A DNA stretch of 63,887 nucleotides, the filler included, from Chrysochromulina tobinii (taxonomy: Eukaryota), in NCBI GenBank assembly GCA_001275005.1. It is 7 parts of 7 records of this genome, joined end to end, with 100 filler letters (N's around TTAATTAATTAA, not from the genome) between each part and the next. Parts side by side here need not be neighbours in the genome. Positions count along the whole stretch, not along the records: positions 21,782 to 34,708 come from JWZX01001192.1; positions 34,809 to 52,828 come from JWZX01001193.1; 5 more parts are not named here. One strand, given 5' to 3'. Made by a program: the position numbers and the translations under genes. Shown here piece after piece: positions 30,678 through 42,700 of this stretch (its first letter is position 1; each line of letters starts with the position of its first letter). The notes beneath the pieces were generated by a model that ran no database searches, was not told the origin of the DNA, and saw nothing but the letters and a program-made list of their open reading frames with translations.

Positions 30678-31563
30678 CTACGGCTTGTGTGACGTGCTCC
30701 TGACGTGTTTGACCGACCGGAGATTTTCCATGAGTCCGCAGCCAAAAGCGGACTGAAGAAACTGAAAATTCAAAACCCGATCTTACCCCGAATACTACTG
30801 TACGTAATCCGGGACAGCAAGCTAGCAAAGTAAGCAAGGCAAGCCATGCCCCGGCCCCCCCCCCCCCGCTCTTAATGAGAGTCTTATCTCTTAACGCCCG
30901 CGCAGCAGCGCTCTCTCACTCATTCTCACTCACACCGCACTCTCTTCGTGGTGCAGTTTGCTCACGCCCGTGTGACGACCTCACAGCTCGTCACGGCAGG
31001 ACCTGCCAGGCTGGCTCAATCAACAGCGATGTCTGGCGGTACGTCCAGGGTACGTCACCACTCTCATCGGCCTGCAGAAGCCGTGCCTCCGCTGACCAAT
31101 GATCCATAATGCTCAGCTCCTGGGGAGCGGCAGGCGTAGGCAGGCGTGGCAGGCCAGTCGCCTCTTGGCGAGGCCCTTGATGCGCCGGCGCTGTCGAGCA
31201 TCGAACTGTCTGGGTTTAGCTGTCGGTCGCGGCGCTGCCATTGTCAGTACTCACGTGGTAACCGACGTGGTAACTCACGTGGCGGTGGCTCACGATGCGC
31301 CCCGTCATTTCAACCATCTCGGAGTCGGTGGGTGGGTCGCGCAGATGCCCACCCACCCACCAGACACCCGTGGGTCGGTAGGTGGGTCTGTGGGTGGGTG
31401 GGTCTGTGGGTGGGTGGGCAGTAGGTGCGCGGCGCCGTCAGGTCCAGCTCACTTTGAGAAATCACCCGCCCATTCGTCACGCCTCGTGAGGTGGTTAGGT
31501 ATGTCGAAGATGCTCCAGTGCTGAGAGGAGCGACGAGTGCTCGCATTTGGAAATGGGAGCCCA

Positions 31564-32445
31564 TCAGCCTCGTGGATCAGGCTGCCCATGCTTACCCACG
31601 GAGAGGTGAGCAGGGAGAGGGACCGCATGTCGAGCCATGTCGTGGCATGGGTGGCCATCATTCGAGTCCGCCTCCTTCTCCTCCTCTGGATGGCTGGCTG
31701 GGCGGGGGGTGCGACCTCCCTGCAGCTCAGCCAAGCTCAGCGGGTGCTCCCTGACAGCCTGTGCCACCACATACAAGAAGCTGCCCGGTGCGACCGCCTG
31801 TGCTGATCGGTAGGCTATCCAGTGTCCACAGCTCCTGCACGCCAGGCGCCACTGCTTCTCGACGCCCTTGGGCCGCTGCACACGAGCCGGCTGCGCGGAG
31901 GGTATGCCATCGAGAAGCAGCGTGTCCAGCTTCGATTCGTCGATGACGTGCGCGCCGTCAGTGCCTCGGACCGGGAACTCGCCGAGCAGGGAGCCGTTCG
32001 TGCGAAGAGCTTTGGTTCCGCAGCTGACGCAAAAGTAGCTGCAGCTCGAGGCCGCATGCTGCGCACGTGCAGTCTTCTCGTCCGTTTCACGCTGACGTTT
32101 GCCCGCAACGCCTGCGTCCTTATCGTAGTCGATGGTCAGGCCGTTGTGCCCTTGGTATTGCATCATGCCCGCAGTCGAAGCTTTGATGCCATCAAAATCG
32201 ACGAAGCACATGCCTTTCACCTGGCGCACGCCTATGTAGCCCTGGATGGCCGAGAAGAGGCCCTCAGCATGCACCGCACGCTCCTCCTTGGGCACATGCG
32301 GCTTGACATCGCGATAGGAGATGAACAACGTGCTGTTGGGCTTTGTGCGAGAAGAGCTCCTGTTATAATACGAGTCCACCTCGAGACGCTCCTGCTCAGC
32401 GGCGCTCAGGCGACCCGCCATAAACAAATAGGTTAGGATATCCAT
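31564..32445 (-). CDS. RRM domain + STEEP1/UPF0428 (CXorf56)-like zinc domain protein
   Basis: RRM-like NSTLFI...MCFVDF. UPF0428-like YFCVSCG...PVRGTDGAHVID...RPKGVEKQWRLACRSCGHWIAY. Confidence 0.75.
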   Translation of the reverse strand: MDILTYLFMAGRLSAAEQERLEVDSYYNRSSSRTKPNSTLFISYRDVKPHVPKEERAVHAEGLFSAIQGYIGVRQVKGMCFVDFDGIKASTAGMMQYQGHNGLTIDYDKDAGVAGKRQRETDEKTARAQHAASSCSYFCVSCGTKALRTNGSLLGEFPVRGTDGAHVIDESKLDTLLLDGIPSAQPARVQRPKGVEKQWRLACRSCGHWIAYRSAQAVAPGSFLYVVAQAVREHPLSLAELQGGRTPRPASHPEEEKEADSNDGHPCHDMARHAVPLPAHLSVGKHGQPDPRG

Positions 32446-32567
32446 AGATGAAAAGGACGGCTTGCTTTGGCTGGCCAGTGAGCCGTTCGACTGATGTGTT
32501 GAGCATAGGTTTCAATGTGTTTCCTGACGCCTAGATTCACATTCACACGCTTGGGAAGGGAGGAGAA

Positions 32568-34541
32568 ATGCTGCACTTCCCAATTAAGCCCGCCGTCGCC
32601 ACCTCCGAAGAGCTGGGCAACGGGCTGACGACCGTAATCCGTACGACGTATGGCATGTTCGCCGCGGCGGCGCTCACGTCCGATTCGGTCGCCTTTCGCC
32701 GTGCGCGCGAGGCGGCCGTCGGCAAGAAGAAGGTGTCGAATGAAACAGAGGCCGCTGCCATGGAGGGTGCGCTCGTTATCTATTGCGCTATGCTCGATCG
32801 GCTGCAGGAGGCACTCGGCACTGAAGTGCGCGAACAGAAGGCCATGGCCTTTGCGTGGACTCCGTCCTGGGAGCCGAGTCAGCCCAAACCAGTGCGCCAC
32901 TACGACGTGCTCGCAGAGCGCGCGCCGGTCCTGTTCAACTTGGCCGCCTGCTGGTCGATGCGCGGCGCGCTGCCGCCGCGCTCAGACTCGGATGCGATCA
33001 AGGCTGCCGCACGCCACTTCCAGCTCGCGGCGGGCGCGCTCAAGGCGGTGCAGGACCTCAGCCCCGAGTCGGGCCTCGAGCCCACGTGCGCGCCCGAGCT
33101 TACCGACGGAGCGCTGAGCGCGCTGCGCGCGCTCATGGTCGCACAGGCGCAGGCGTGCTTCTGCGATAAGGCCGCGAGCGACAGCATGGGCGCGGGCACG
33201 CAGGCGATGCTCGCGCTCGGCGCCAAGCAGCTCTACGCGCTGGCCGCCGAAGCGTTCGCATCGCTACAGAGCAGCAAGCCGCACGCGAAGCTGCATGCGT
33301 GGGGCGCGGCGGTGTGCGTGGGGCGCAAGCAGTGGTACGAGGCCGAGGCGCGCTGGCAGCAGGCCACCGATGCGGCGAGTGCCAACAAGTACGGCGAGCA
33401 GCAGGCGCAACTGCAACTCGGCTTGACGGCCGCGAACGCGGCGCTGGCGACCCTGGGCTCTGCGCAACTCGAGTCGCCGAGTGCGCTCTCGAAGCTGAGC
33501 GCACTCGCGTCGAAGACGGCCGCGACGCTCGCGGGTGTCACGAAGGACAATCAGCTCGTGTACAACGAGCGCGTGCCCGACGCGGCGGAGTTGCCCGAGG
33601 TCGCGCCGAAGGTGCTCGCCAAGGCGCTTCCCGTCGACACGCTCGTGAGCGCGGCATTGGACGCACCCTTCCCTGCGAGTATCTTGCGCCCCGGCGAAGA
33701 GGGGAGCGGCGAGCTCGTGCGCTCGTGGCTCGCGCGACTCGGCACCGAGTTCGTCATGATTCCCCTTCATGAGCGCGGCTCCGAGGCAGGCGGAATGGCC
33801 GCCTTGGCCGATGCCTCCGCGCCTGGCGGCAGCGGCGAGGCTGGAGGCGCAGCTTCCAAGGAGACGTCGAGTGGCAGCAAGGCCGAGGGCAGCGCCGAGA
33901 GCAGCAGCTTATCGAGATTCTTCGGCAAGAGCTCGAGCAGTGGCAGCGGCCTTCACAGCAGCGGCAGCGGCCTCGGCGGCGGCGCGGACGACGGACATCT
34001 CGGCACCAAACGAGACGCCGACGCCAAAAAGGAAAGCAAGCCGAGCCTGAGCGAAATGCTGAAGGCGGCCGTTGGAAAAGACAAGCCAGGCAGCGGCATC
34101 TCTGTCAAGGTCAAGGGCAGCAAAGCCAAGGGCGCCGCTGCCGCAGCCGCACTACAAGGGTCGGATCTGGACGATGAGACGGCGCTGCAGCGGGCACTAG
34201 AGGAGTCTTTGAAGGAGAGCGGGAAGGAGCTCTACCGCACCGTGCCCGCGCCTTCGCCCCGCTCGCCCTCGGCCCCCATGCCGCCCCCGCCGCCCTCGGC
34301 ACCGCCTGTGGCACGCCCGCCCTCACGCGATCTGCTCTCACGCAACTTGGCCGCGAGTGCACCGCCGACGCTGCCGCCGCCGCCCTCGTTTGAGGAGGCG
34401 GCGATGATGCCAAGCGCCGCGACCGTTGAGGCGCTCGTGGCAAAGCTGATGGCCATGGGCTTTTCACGCGACAGATGCCTCTCCGCGTTGCGTGATGCCA
34501 AGTTTGACGTCAACGCCGCGGGCGAGGCGTTGCTCTCATGA
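32568..34541 (+). CDS. BRO1-domain protein with a UIM-like motif, Pro-rich region and C-terminal UBA
   Basis: FAWT, ERAPVLFNLAA, FQLAAG, MVAQAQACF and KDNQLVYNERVP match BRO1. DDETALQRALEESL is UIM-like. LMAMGFSRDRCLSAL...DVNAAGEALL is UBA. Confidence 0.9.
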   Translation: MLHFPIKPAVATSEELGNGLTTVIRTTYGMFAAAALTSDSVAFRRAREAAVGKKKVSNETEAAAMEGALVIYCAMLDRLQEALGTEVREQKAMAFAWTPSWEPSQPKPVRHYDVLAERAPVLFNLAACWSMRGALPPRSDSDAIKAAARHFQLAAGALKAVQDLSPESGLEPTCAPELTDGALSALRALMVAQAQACFCDKAASDSMGAGTQAMLALGAKQLYALAAEAFASLQSSKPHAKLHAWGAAVCVGRKQWYEAEARWQQATDAASANKYGEQQAQLQLGLTAANAALATLGSAQLESPSALSKLSALASKTAATLAGVTKDNQLVYNERVPDAAELPEVAPKVLAKALPVDTLVSAALDAPFPASILRPGEEGSGELVRSWLARLGTEFVMIPLHERGSEAGGMAALADASAPGGSGEAGGAASKETSSGSKAEGSAESSSLSRFFGKSSSSGSGLHSSGSGLGGGADDGHLGTKRDADAKKESKPSLSEMLKAAVGKDKPGSGISVKVKGSKAKGAAAAAALQGSDLDDETALQRALEESLKESGKELYRTVPAPSPRSPSAPMPPPPPSAPPVARPPSRDLLSRNLAASAPPTLPPPPSFEEAAMMPSAATVEALVAKLMAMGFSRDRCLSALRDAKFDVNAAGEALLS

Positions 34542-34708
34542 GCGGCGCGACGAATCGCTCGGCTCGCTCGTCCGAAAATGCGGGCGAATCCCTCGGCGGC
34601 GCGCGGAGCCCGCGGCCATCGGAATCGTGCGGTCTAACCGGGTGATCTTCGCCGTCGCGCGCGCGGGCCGGCCCGGCCGCCGGCAGCCCGGCACGCGGGC
34701 CGGCGGCC

Positions 34709-34808
34709 NNNNNNNNNNNNNNNNNNNNNNNNNNNNNNNNNNNNNNNNNNNNTTAATTAATTAANNNNNNNNNNNNNNNNNNNNNNNNNNNNNNNNNNNN
34801 NNNNNNNN
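34709..34808. other. Artificial contig spacer
   Basis: N44-TTAATTAATTAA-N44. Confidence 0.98.
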
Positions 34809-37800
34809 GCGAATCGCGCGATCATGTTCATGTTCGAGATGGTGAGCGAGTTCCGCGTGCGCATCGCCGTGGTCGGATGCTGCGGGACGGGGCGGAACTT
34901 TCTATTTGCGGGCTGTGAGTCACGCGGCGCAAGATCGAATCCTTCGCCGCCTTCTCCCTCTGTGCCTCTCTGTGCCGCCGTTCCGTCCCACACTTTCTTG
35001 TCCCCATGCCGCGAGTAGCCGCGAGTCTTTTGGATTCTGAGCATATCTGAGCACGTGTGCGTTCGTGCTCCCTTCTGTGCGCACAGATGCGGGTTTCATT
35101 CGACCGCTCTGCAACGTTACCTCACCACTACCATCACCGCCGGAGTCACCATCTCCGCCGGCAGAGGGAAGCGGAAGGCCCAGCTTCCTTTTGCATCCTC
35201 CGTTCACTTCCGGCCAAGCGCCTTGCCCGCCCCCGTCGCCTGAGCCCTCACCCCCTCTTCCGCCAATGCTGCCGCCGTATCCACCGGCGCCGCCGACGCC
35301 ACCGCCGTGCTGGGCGTCGGAACTCGCGTTGTCGAAGTCGTCTGGCGACGTGGATGGCGACGGCGACCTGGATATGGTCGTGCGCACCGTGGATGGTGGG
35401 TGGCGCTTCTTAGAAAACGTGGGTGGCGTTCTCGTGGAGCGTGTAGGCGCATCGAGCCCACTGCAGCGCCTGACGCAGCCGCCGCTCGCCACCTCGCTTT
35501 TGAATACCTCGATTGGCACGCTTGCAGATTTGGACGGCGACGGCGTGAACGAGCTCATCATCAGCGATGGCGCTGGCGTCGGCGGAGCACACACGCTTGT
35601 GTACTCTCAGGCTTGCTCGTGCTTCGAGCCCACGACAGACTCTAGCGCGGGCACGTTTACGGGCACGGCGGGGCTCGGCATCACGTCCATGAGCTTTGCC
35701 GACTACGATGGCGACGGTGATCTGGACCTACTAGGCGGGCAGGAGGACGGGCGGCTGCTCTACGTGTGCAACATGGGCACTGCGAGCGCGCCGTCCTTCG
35801 CGTGGCCTGTGCTTGGGGACTCCCGCTGCTACTTGAATAACCACGGAGCGGTCGAGTGTGGCCAGCCGAGCGTGCTTCTCGAGTCACCGCCACCACCTCC
35901 TTTCATGCCCTTGCCGATCTCGACAGGCGATGATCTTTGCTACTCGGTGAACCTCGACGGTCTCGTTCATGTCATCTCCCCGGTCACCTCGCTTCCGCAC
36001 CCACATGCGGCTGTGAGGCACAATCTGTGCTCTCCAAACCTGACCGCAGAGTCGTCCATCCCAGCACGGACCTCCTGCCGACTGCAACCGGGCTTCAACG
36101 GGCTCTCTCCCCACCCTACGAATGTGCTGAACGCCGGTCAGCTGTTCTACGCAAATGGGTACCCAAACTCGTCGTCGTCCAACATCGGGTACGAGACGGA
36201 CGACGCGGTGTCCACATACTTCCTTGTGACCGATCATGAGGCGGGCAGCACCTCGCCGTCGGGAGCGTACTTCGTCTTCCAAGTCAGCAAGGCGGGCACC
36301 TCCTCCGGTGGGAACCTCAATGCGGACTTCTCCTTCCCAGCGTACCCGTCGAGCATGAACTATCCAGAGCTTGTGCTGCTTGACGATCCTGGCGAGGGCG
36401 CTCTGAACGTATGGGACCGCGAGACTGGCACCGGCCAATTCACGTGGAGCTGGACTGGGTGCTGCACCGGCGGGATGGTCCTCGGTCCGTTCCCCCCGAT
36501 GGGATTCACAATGAAGATCGAGCTTGGCGCCAGAGGCAACTCGAGCGATCCGCGAGTCTTCGGCGGCACCACAAGCGTTCGCGTGGGCAGCTACTCTTCC
36601 CTCAACAACGACGTCGACTTCATGACGATGCCAGCGCGGCCCATGGAGATCACCGTCACCGGCCAGACGTGCAACGATTACTGCGCCATCGCCTCGAGCT
36701 GCGGTGAATGCACCATTCGATCGGCCGGGGATACACAGTGCGGCTGGTGCTCGGCGACGGGCACGTGTATGCCGGCAGCGCGGGCGGCCGTTGTGTGCCC
36801 TGACCATCCAACGATAGGCGACGCGTTCATCGAGTACCGCACGTGTTGCCCAGTATGCGAGGCACTCTTTGGCCTGCCCGACGCGTGCACGGAGACCGCT
36901 GGGTGCGGCTACTGTGCGGAGACTGGCGAATGCATCAGCGGCTCATCCGAGCTGGCGTGCCGTTTGTGCACAGCTGCCCCTCCGTTTAACATCTCTGCCC
37001 TCGTAAACGACGACCCCAACGCCACCTGTGTGCCGCCGGATGCCTTCGTCCAGCTGCACATGCACAATGCGCGGATCGTGCGCTCAAACCTGGGCGGCCA
37101 AGGCGGTCTCTGCTCGAGAAACGCCTCCGACTGCGACGAGGCCTACAACAACGTCACCACCCCGCACAACATCCTCATCCGCAACATCGGTCTCAACGTG
37201 ATGAGTGCGTATCATCAGCCTGCAGGCGCGATCTCCGGTGGTGAGGTCGTGGACCTGCTCATCTCGAACCTCACGACGTATCGATCTTGGGCGCCCTACG
37301 AGAACGGACTCGTCGTCAAAAACGGGGTGAACGAGTTCGCCCAGATCAACCTGCTCGCGCCGCGCAGAGCAGAGCAGACGAACAGCTGGAACACAGAGAT
37401 GACTTTCGTCGAGCTCAAGTTTGAGTTTGTCACGATGAACTCTACTACAGGCGCGCTACGGCCACTCCCGCTCGGACGCATCTTCTTGACCTTCCATGAT
37501 TTCTACACGGGCCGTATCCGACAGGGCGTCATCTCGAACACGGAGATCATACAGATCGATCCGGTCGCCGCGCATCCAACCGAGCTGGTGAGTCATGCTG
37601 ACCCGCCTCTCTGCCTCTGCCTCTGCCTCTCTCTCGCGCGCACACGCGCATACACTCGCCCGTGAGCATCTCTCTCTGACCCGACTCTCTCTGTGCCCAC
37701 TTCTACGTTCGACTCTCCCGAACAACTCCCGAACAGTACGCCGATGACACGGAGCTGGAGCGGCTCGACAACTGGAGCCAAGCCGTCACGGATTCGCAGC

Positions 37801-39078
37801 TGCAGAGCTTCTTCCCGTCGAACGCCTCCCGATCGTATCTCAACTCGTGGGCGAGGAAGGTCACCCGGTCCTCGACTGCAGGCGTCGCCGCAGACGACCC
37901 ACTCGACAGCTATACCCTCACCACGCAGCAGGCGAATCGCGCGATCATGTTCATGTTCGAGATGGTGAGCGAGTTCCGCGTGCGCATCGCCGTGGTCGGA
38001 TGCTGCGGGACGGGGCGGAGCTTCATATTTGCGGGCTGTGAGTCACGCGGCGCAAGATCGAATCCTTCGCCGCCTTCTCCCTCTGTGCCTATCTGTGCCG
38101 CCGATACGTCCCATACAGTCTCGTCCCCATGCCGCGAGTCCTTTTTGGATTCTGAGCACGCGCTCCCTTCTGTGCGCAGATGCGGGTTTCATTCGACCGC
38201 TCTGCAACGTTACCAGTGGCGCGCCTGCTCAGTTCACCTATGCAAATCTCCCCGAGCCCCCCACGCGCCCCCCACCTCCCAGTCCACCTTCCGACCCATG
38301 GCAGGCAGCCGGCGGCAAGTCGCACCTTGTCTCTGGGGATCTCGACAGCGACGGCGACGCCGACCTTGTGGTTGGTAGCTCGGATGGGCCTCTGAGTATC
38401 TTCATCAATACGGGTCTGATCACCGCTGGAGGTCGCCGGGACTGCGCCCGGCCTGTGTTCCGTCTTCTCGAGGGGAACACTGATCCCTTCCGCGGGCTTG
38501 AGGCTTGGCAGTTGCCAGACCAGCCGTCGGTGCCATCATTGGGCGACCTGGACGGAGATGGCGACCTCGACCTGGCAACTGGTTCGTCCTCTGGAATGCC
38601 CTCATTTGAGAATCAAGACGGCGAGGGCGGCCTTCCTCGATTCTTGCCGTTTTCGTCTGCGCGATGCGGACTGGAGGAGGTTGCAAATCCACCGTCGAGC
38701 CCGCTTAACGACTACACCTCATACCTAGCCCTGGAGGATGCCTGCATGGGATTGTCATGCAACAGCTGGTCTGTCCCCCTGCTTGCTGGCTTATTGACCA
38801 TGGCAGGCCTCGTGGTCATGGTCTTGGCCTACGTCGTTCTGACTCAGACCAGCGCCAAGACCGGCGGCGGCGCAGGCGCCGCCTGCTCCACCGCCCGAGG
38901 CATTTGGATAGACGGTATTTGGATCGATCTCGGAGCTGATGAGCCTGGGAGCTCCTCTGGCTACGGAGCCACGTTGCAGCCAGCCCCCACCCCAAACTAT
39001 GCCCGTACCCGAAACGAGCCCCCAGCTATTGTTAATCAAGGTGTGATGGTGGACGGCATCTGGATCGACTTTGACTAA
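34809..39078 (+). CDS. 5'-truncated single-pass surface protein with FG-GAP/VCBS repeats, PSI domains and Pro-rich linkers; introns 34915-35086, 37588-37736, 38038-38179
   Basis: Several DxDGDGDxD motifs. PSI-like CGEC...CGWC and CGYC. Three GTGAGT...CAG introns keep the frame. Transmembrane segment VPLLAGLLTMAGLVVMVLAYVVL near the C-terminus. Confidence 0.85.
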
Positions 39079-39731
39079 GCCGCGCCGCCGCAGGCCAATG
39101 TAAGGAGGAGATCAAGATGGGGAGCTGTGTAAGCTCCGCCGTCAGGGCCTCCTTGAATCTGGCCAGTTGGAACTGTCAGTTGGGTCATGGCGGTCGGCAG
39201 GTGGTGCGGTGCGAGGGGCTTCGCGTACTGTACAACATCTGTTTGTGCGTCTTTAATGCGGCATGGTGAGATGCCATGGAGGGCGTATTGCGAGTCTGAA
39301 ACCATTATCCGGATCTGCAATATAGCTCCGTAAAATATAGGAGTGGTTGTGCTCAGTAGTCCGGTGTATCTTGCGTTGGGTGTCGAATGATAACCATTGG
39401 ATGTGAATGAGACGTGCAAGCTTGCTGGAGGACGGCGCCGCGACGCCCAGCTAAGGAGGAGGCCCTTCTATTTTACTAGTAATTCGTTGTGGGGGCTACG
39501 GGTGTCGGTGTGTGTGCCGGATACCCCAAGTGGGGGTGTCGTGCTCATGTGTAAAGTATGTGTGTTTAGCGCTTGGAGCCTCGCAAGTGCTCCCTGTGTC
39601 GTGTGTGTATTTGTCATCGCGCTTTTTGGTCCCTTAAGGAGTTGTACACTTAGGGATACGGCTCTTTTTCTTACTCTGTGTATACATGTGCACCTTTTCT
39701 TCGCACGATTGTCCTCGCATCATGCTCATGA

Positions 39732-42700
39732 TCATGCTGCACTAAGGCTTGACGCTGCGGCTGGTGCCGCCCCCGCGAATAGCACAAGGCCGCCATTGGT
39801 AAGACTGCGTGCCACGTTATGCAGCTTCAGCACGCGCACATGTTCACTGTTCGCGTTGAATACGCGATACAACGAGTACGCTGCGCCATGCGCCCGCGCA
39901 AACTCGAGCTCTGCGACGCTCATCTCGAAGAGCGGTTTGTCAGCCGAGGAGGTCGCCTTCACTTCCACGTACGAGTCGTTTCTAGACCCGATCGCCCCGC
40001 CGAGCTCAGTCACGATGATATCGTACGGCAACCCGCGCTCCTCCTCCTCATTGACCCAAGTCACCTCGGCTGATGCGAGCGTTTCGCGCAGGTGCTTTGC
40101 CACCAGCTGTTCGCCCCAACGGCCAGTGCTCATCTGCCGCTCCACGCTACTCGCGTCAGCCATGGCGACGACGGTTGGCTGCACGCACAGAGTCTCCCAT
40201 GCATCCACGTCGAGACGTACGGGGAAGTCATGCGTACTATGGTTGATGCTCGGCTCGCCTCCGCGTATGCCGCTGCTTCCACCGCCACCGCTTCCACCGC
40301 CGCCGCTTCCACCGGCGCAATCGCCGTCGCCGCTGCAGCTGCCACCACAATTTCCGCCGTCTCCACTTCCGACGCCGCCGCTCGCGCCGACGCTGACGCC
40401 CGCACCGCCGCCGCTCGCGGCGCCAACGAGCCCCGCGTTGTCATGAGCGTTCACGAAGGCGCCTCCAAGCCCCGCGTAGACATTGCCAAGTAGATTTGGC
40501 GCTGCCCTTGGCAAGTTGCGCAGCTCTTTCAGTCTCGACAGGCTCGCCGCAAGCGCCACATCGACGTCGGCCGGTCCGGCCTCGAACGCGCCCACCACGT
40601 CGCCGACTGCGTCGGCTCCGTTCCAACGGGAGAGCAGCGCCTGCTCGCGCTCCATGGCAGTGTGGAGATCGGCTACAGAAGTCTCCTTCAGCGGTCCTTT
40701 CTCGGCTTCCGACGATGCGTTTGCCAGCGAGGCCACCGCCCCCGTTCCAGCACTCGAGTTCCAGCCGAGCCACAGCTCGCTAGCTGCGATCATGGGCATG
40801 TCTCCCAACCCATGGTCTGTGCCGCACAGCGCAGAATGCAGCATGTCCGCAGAAATCGCGCTGTTCAGCGTCTCCCAGGACCAAATCGACTCAATGAGCG
40901 TCATCATCGCCATGGCCGCTTCCGCGCGCTGCACAGGTTCTGGCAGGAGCTTCGCCATCTCGTGCACGAAAGCTCTCGGCGTCGCCGTCGACGTCAGAAA
41001 GAGCTCTGGCATACCCTCTCCTCGGCGAAGGAACACGTGTGCAGCACCGTCGCTCGAGCTCTCAAGGAGATCGCCCAATTTAGTCGTCAACTCATCGTGT
41101 ACGGTGATTGCCGTCGCATGGTACAGCCTCAGGGATGCTAAAGAGGCTTGGAGCGCTTCGCGTTGCTGCGCCGAGCGAGAGAGCGAGGAAGCGCTGGAAG
41201 CGCTCCAGCGCTGCAGGACGCCCGCCGCAGCGCACACGCGCAGTGAGCTGTTCACAGGCACCTCGCGCGCGTCTGGGGCGCTTATGGCCTGACGCACGAA
41301 GCGCGCAATGGGCTGCAGCTGCAGTACATTCGAATAGAAGGTGAGCAGATTCGCTTCGAGATCCTTCACAAAGTTTTCGGGGCGGTTCTCCGACTTGTGC
41401 AGCTGTTTCAGGCGGTGCGCATCATACGGCGGCCCGGGCGGGCGGCACTCGAGAGCGTGCGCGTTTGCGAGCGCTGACCAGCGGACGGCTGCATCCTCGA
41501 TGAGCGAACCGGTGGAGAAGAAATACACGTCACTGAGACGCGACCAGCGACCGTTGGCAGTTGGGAAGACAGCCGCTTCGCCAACTGCCTGAGCGATCTG
41601 CTCGCCGATTGACAGATCTCTTTTCCGCTGTGCTACCCGCCCGCCTGCAGCCTCCTCCTCCTCGTCCTCGTCATCCTCTTGGAGATCGTCGTGCTCGCGA
41701 CGTTGCTCCTGGTCGGAAAACGCCAAGCTGCCGAACACGCGATACACAGCGGTCAAGCTCGTCGGGCACGGCTCACCGCTCTCGCCCGCCGCGGTCAGGA
41801 TGGCGACCAGGTGCTCGAGCTGCGGCTCAGCGGCCACGCCCACCACCTCGAAGAAGCGCTCCAGCCCATGCCCCTCGTAATAGCTTGACAGGCAGCGGAT
41901 GCGGATGCGTGCGCGCGCCACGAGCTTCACCACCTCCTCTGTGACGGTCTTCTTGAACGAGTCCACCAGGCCGGCTGGGTCCCGACGCACGCATTCCCTG
42001 GGAGCATAGAAGCGGCCGGTGACGCGGCCAGAGGGCACCTTGCGCAAGGTGCCCTCGAGCTTGGAATAAGAGACCTCGATTTCGGATCGGTCAGGCAACC
42101 AAATGCACGGAATGGTTTTCAGGGTCGCACGCACAGCCTCGTCCACCTCCACAACAGGCTTGAGCCATCGCAGCATTGCCGCCATCTGGTCGATCGTCGA
42201 GATGAACTTGGGTTCGGCTGCCCACAAGGTGAGCAGCGAGATCGCCGATTCGGCGCTGAGGCACGTGCGCACCCCGAGCACGCTCGCAAGGTCGTCCGAG
42301 AAAGAGGCGGTGGCCCACACTGCACCGCTCGCCCCCAGAATGTCCTCGAGCTCTCGTGTGCGCGTCCACAGCTCCTGTGGGCGATGAAGCTTGCCGTCAC
42401 TGCCTTCGAGCCAAGCGTGTCTTCGCAGCGACAGGGCAAAGGCGGAGGGGACGCTGGACGGAGGGGCGCCGCGTGTAGCGCGCTGGGAAAGCACTGGCCA
42501 TCGCTCAGAGAGGGCTGTCGCAAACTGCTTGAGACGCTTGAGGTCACCAGCGGCACACAATGCTGCGAGCAGTGCGTCGCACGATGGGGACGCCCAATCT
42601 GTGCTCACGACGGTGCTCGAAGTGCTCGCCACGGCGCTCGGTGTGCTCTGAACGATCGCTGGAAAGTCTGCGAGTCCGAGCGTTAGCAGAAGGGACTTGA

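Noticed and set aside
30850..31560. Short ORFs and GGGT/CACGTGG repeats between Sec61-beta and RRM-STEEP1
   Set aside because: No consistent reading frame or recognisable motif; treated as low-complexity intergenic DNA.
39397..40446. 349-aa plus-strand ORF with hydrophobic and Pro-rich parts
   Set aside because: It is antisense to the DUF3883 end of the NOV-like gene and its 3' region, and has a non-ATG start.
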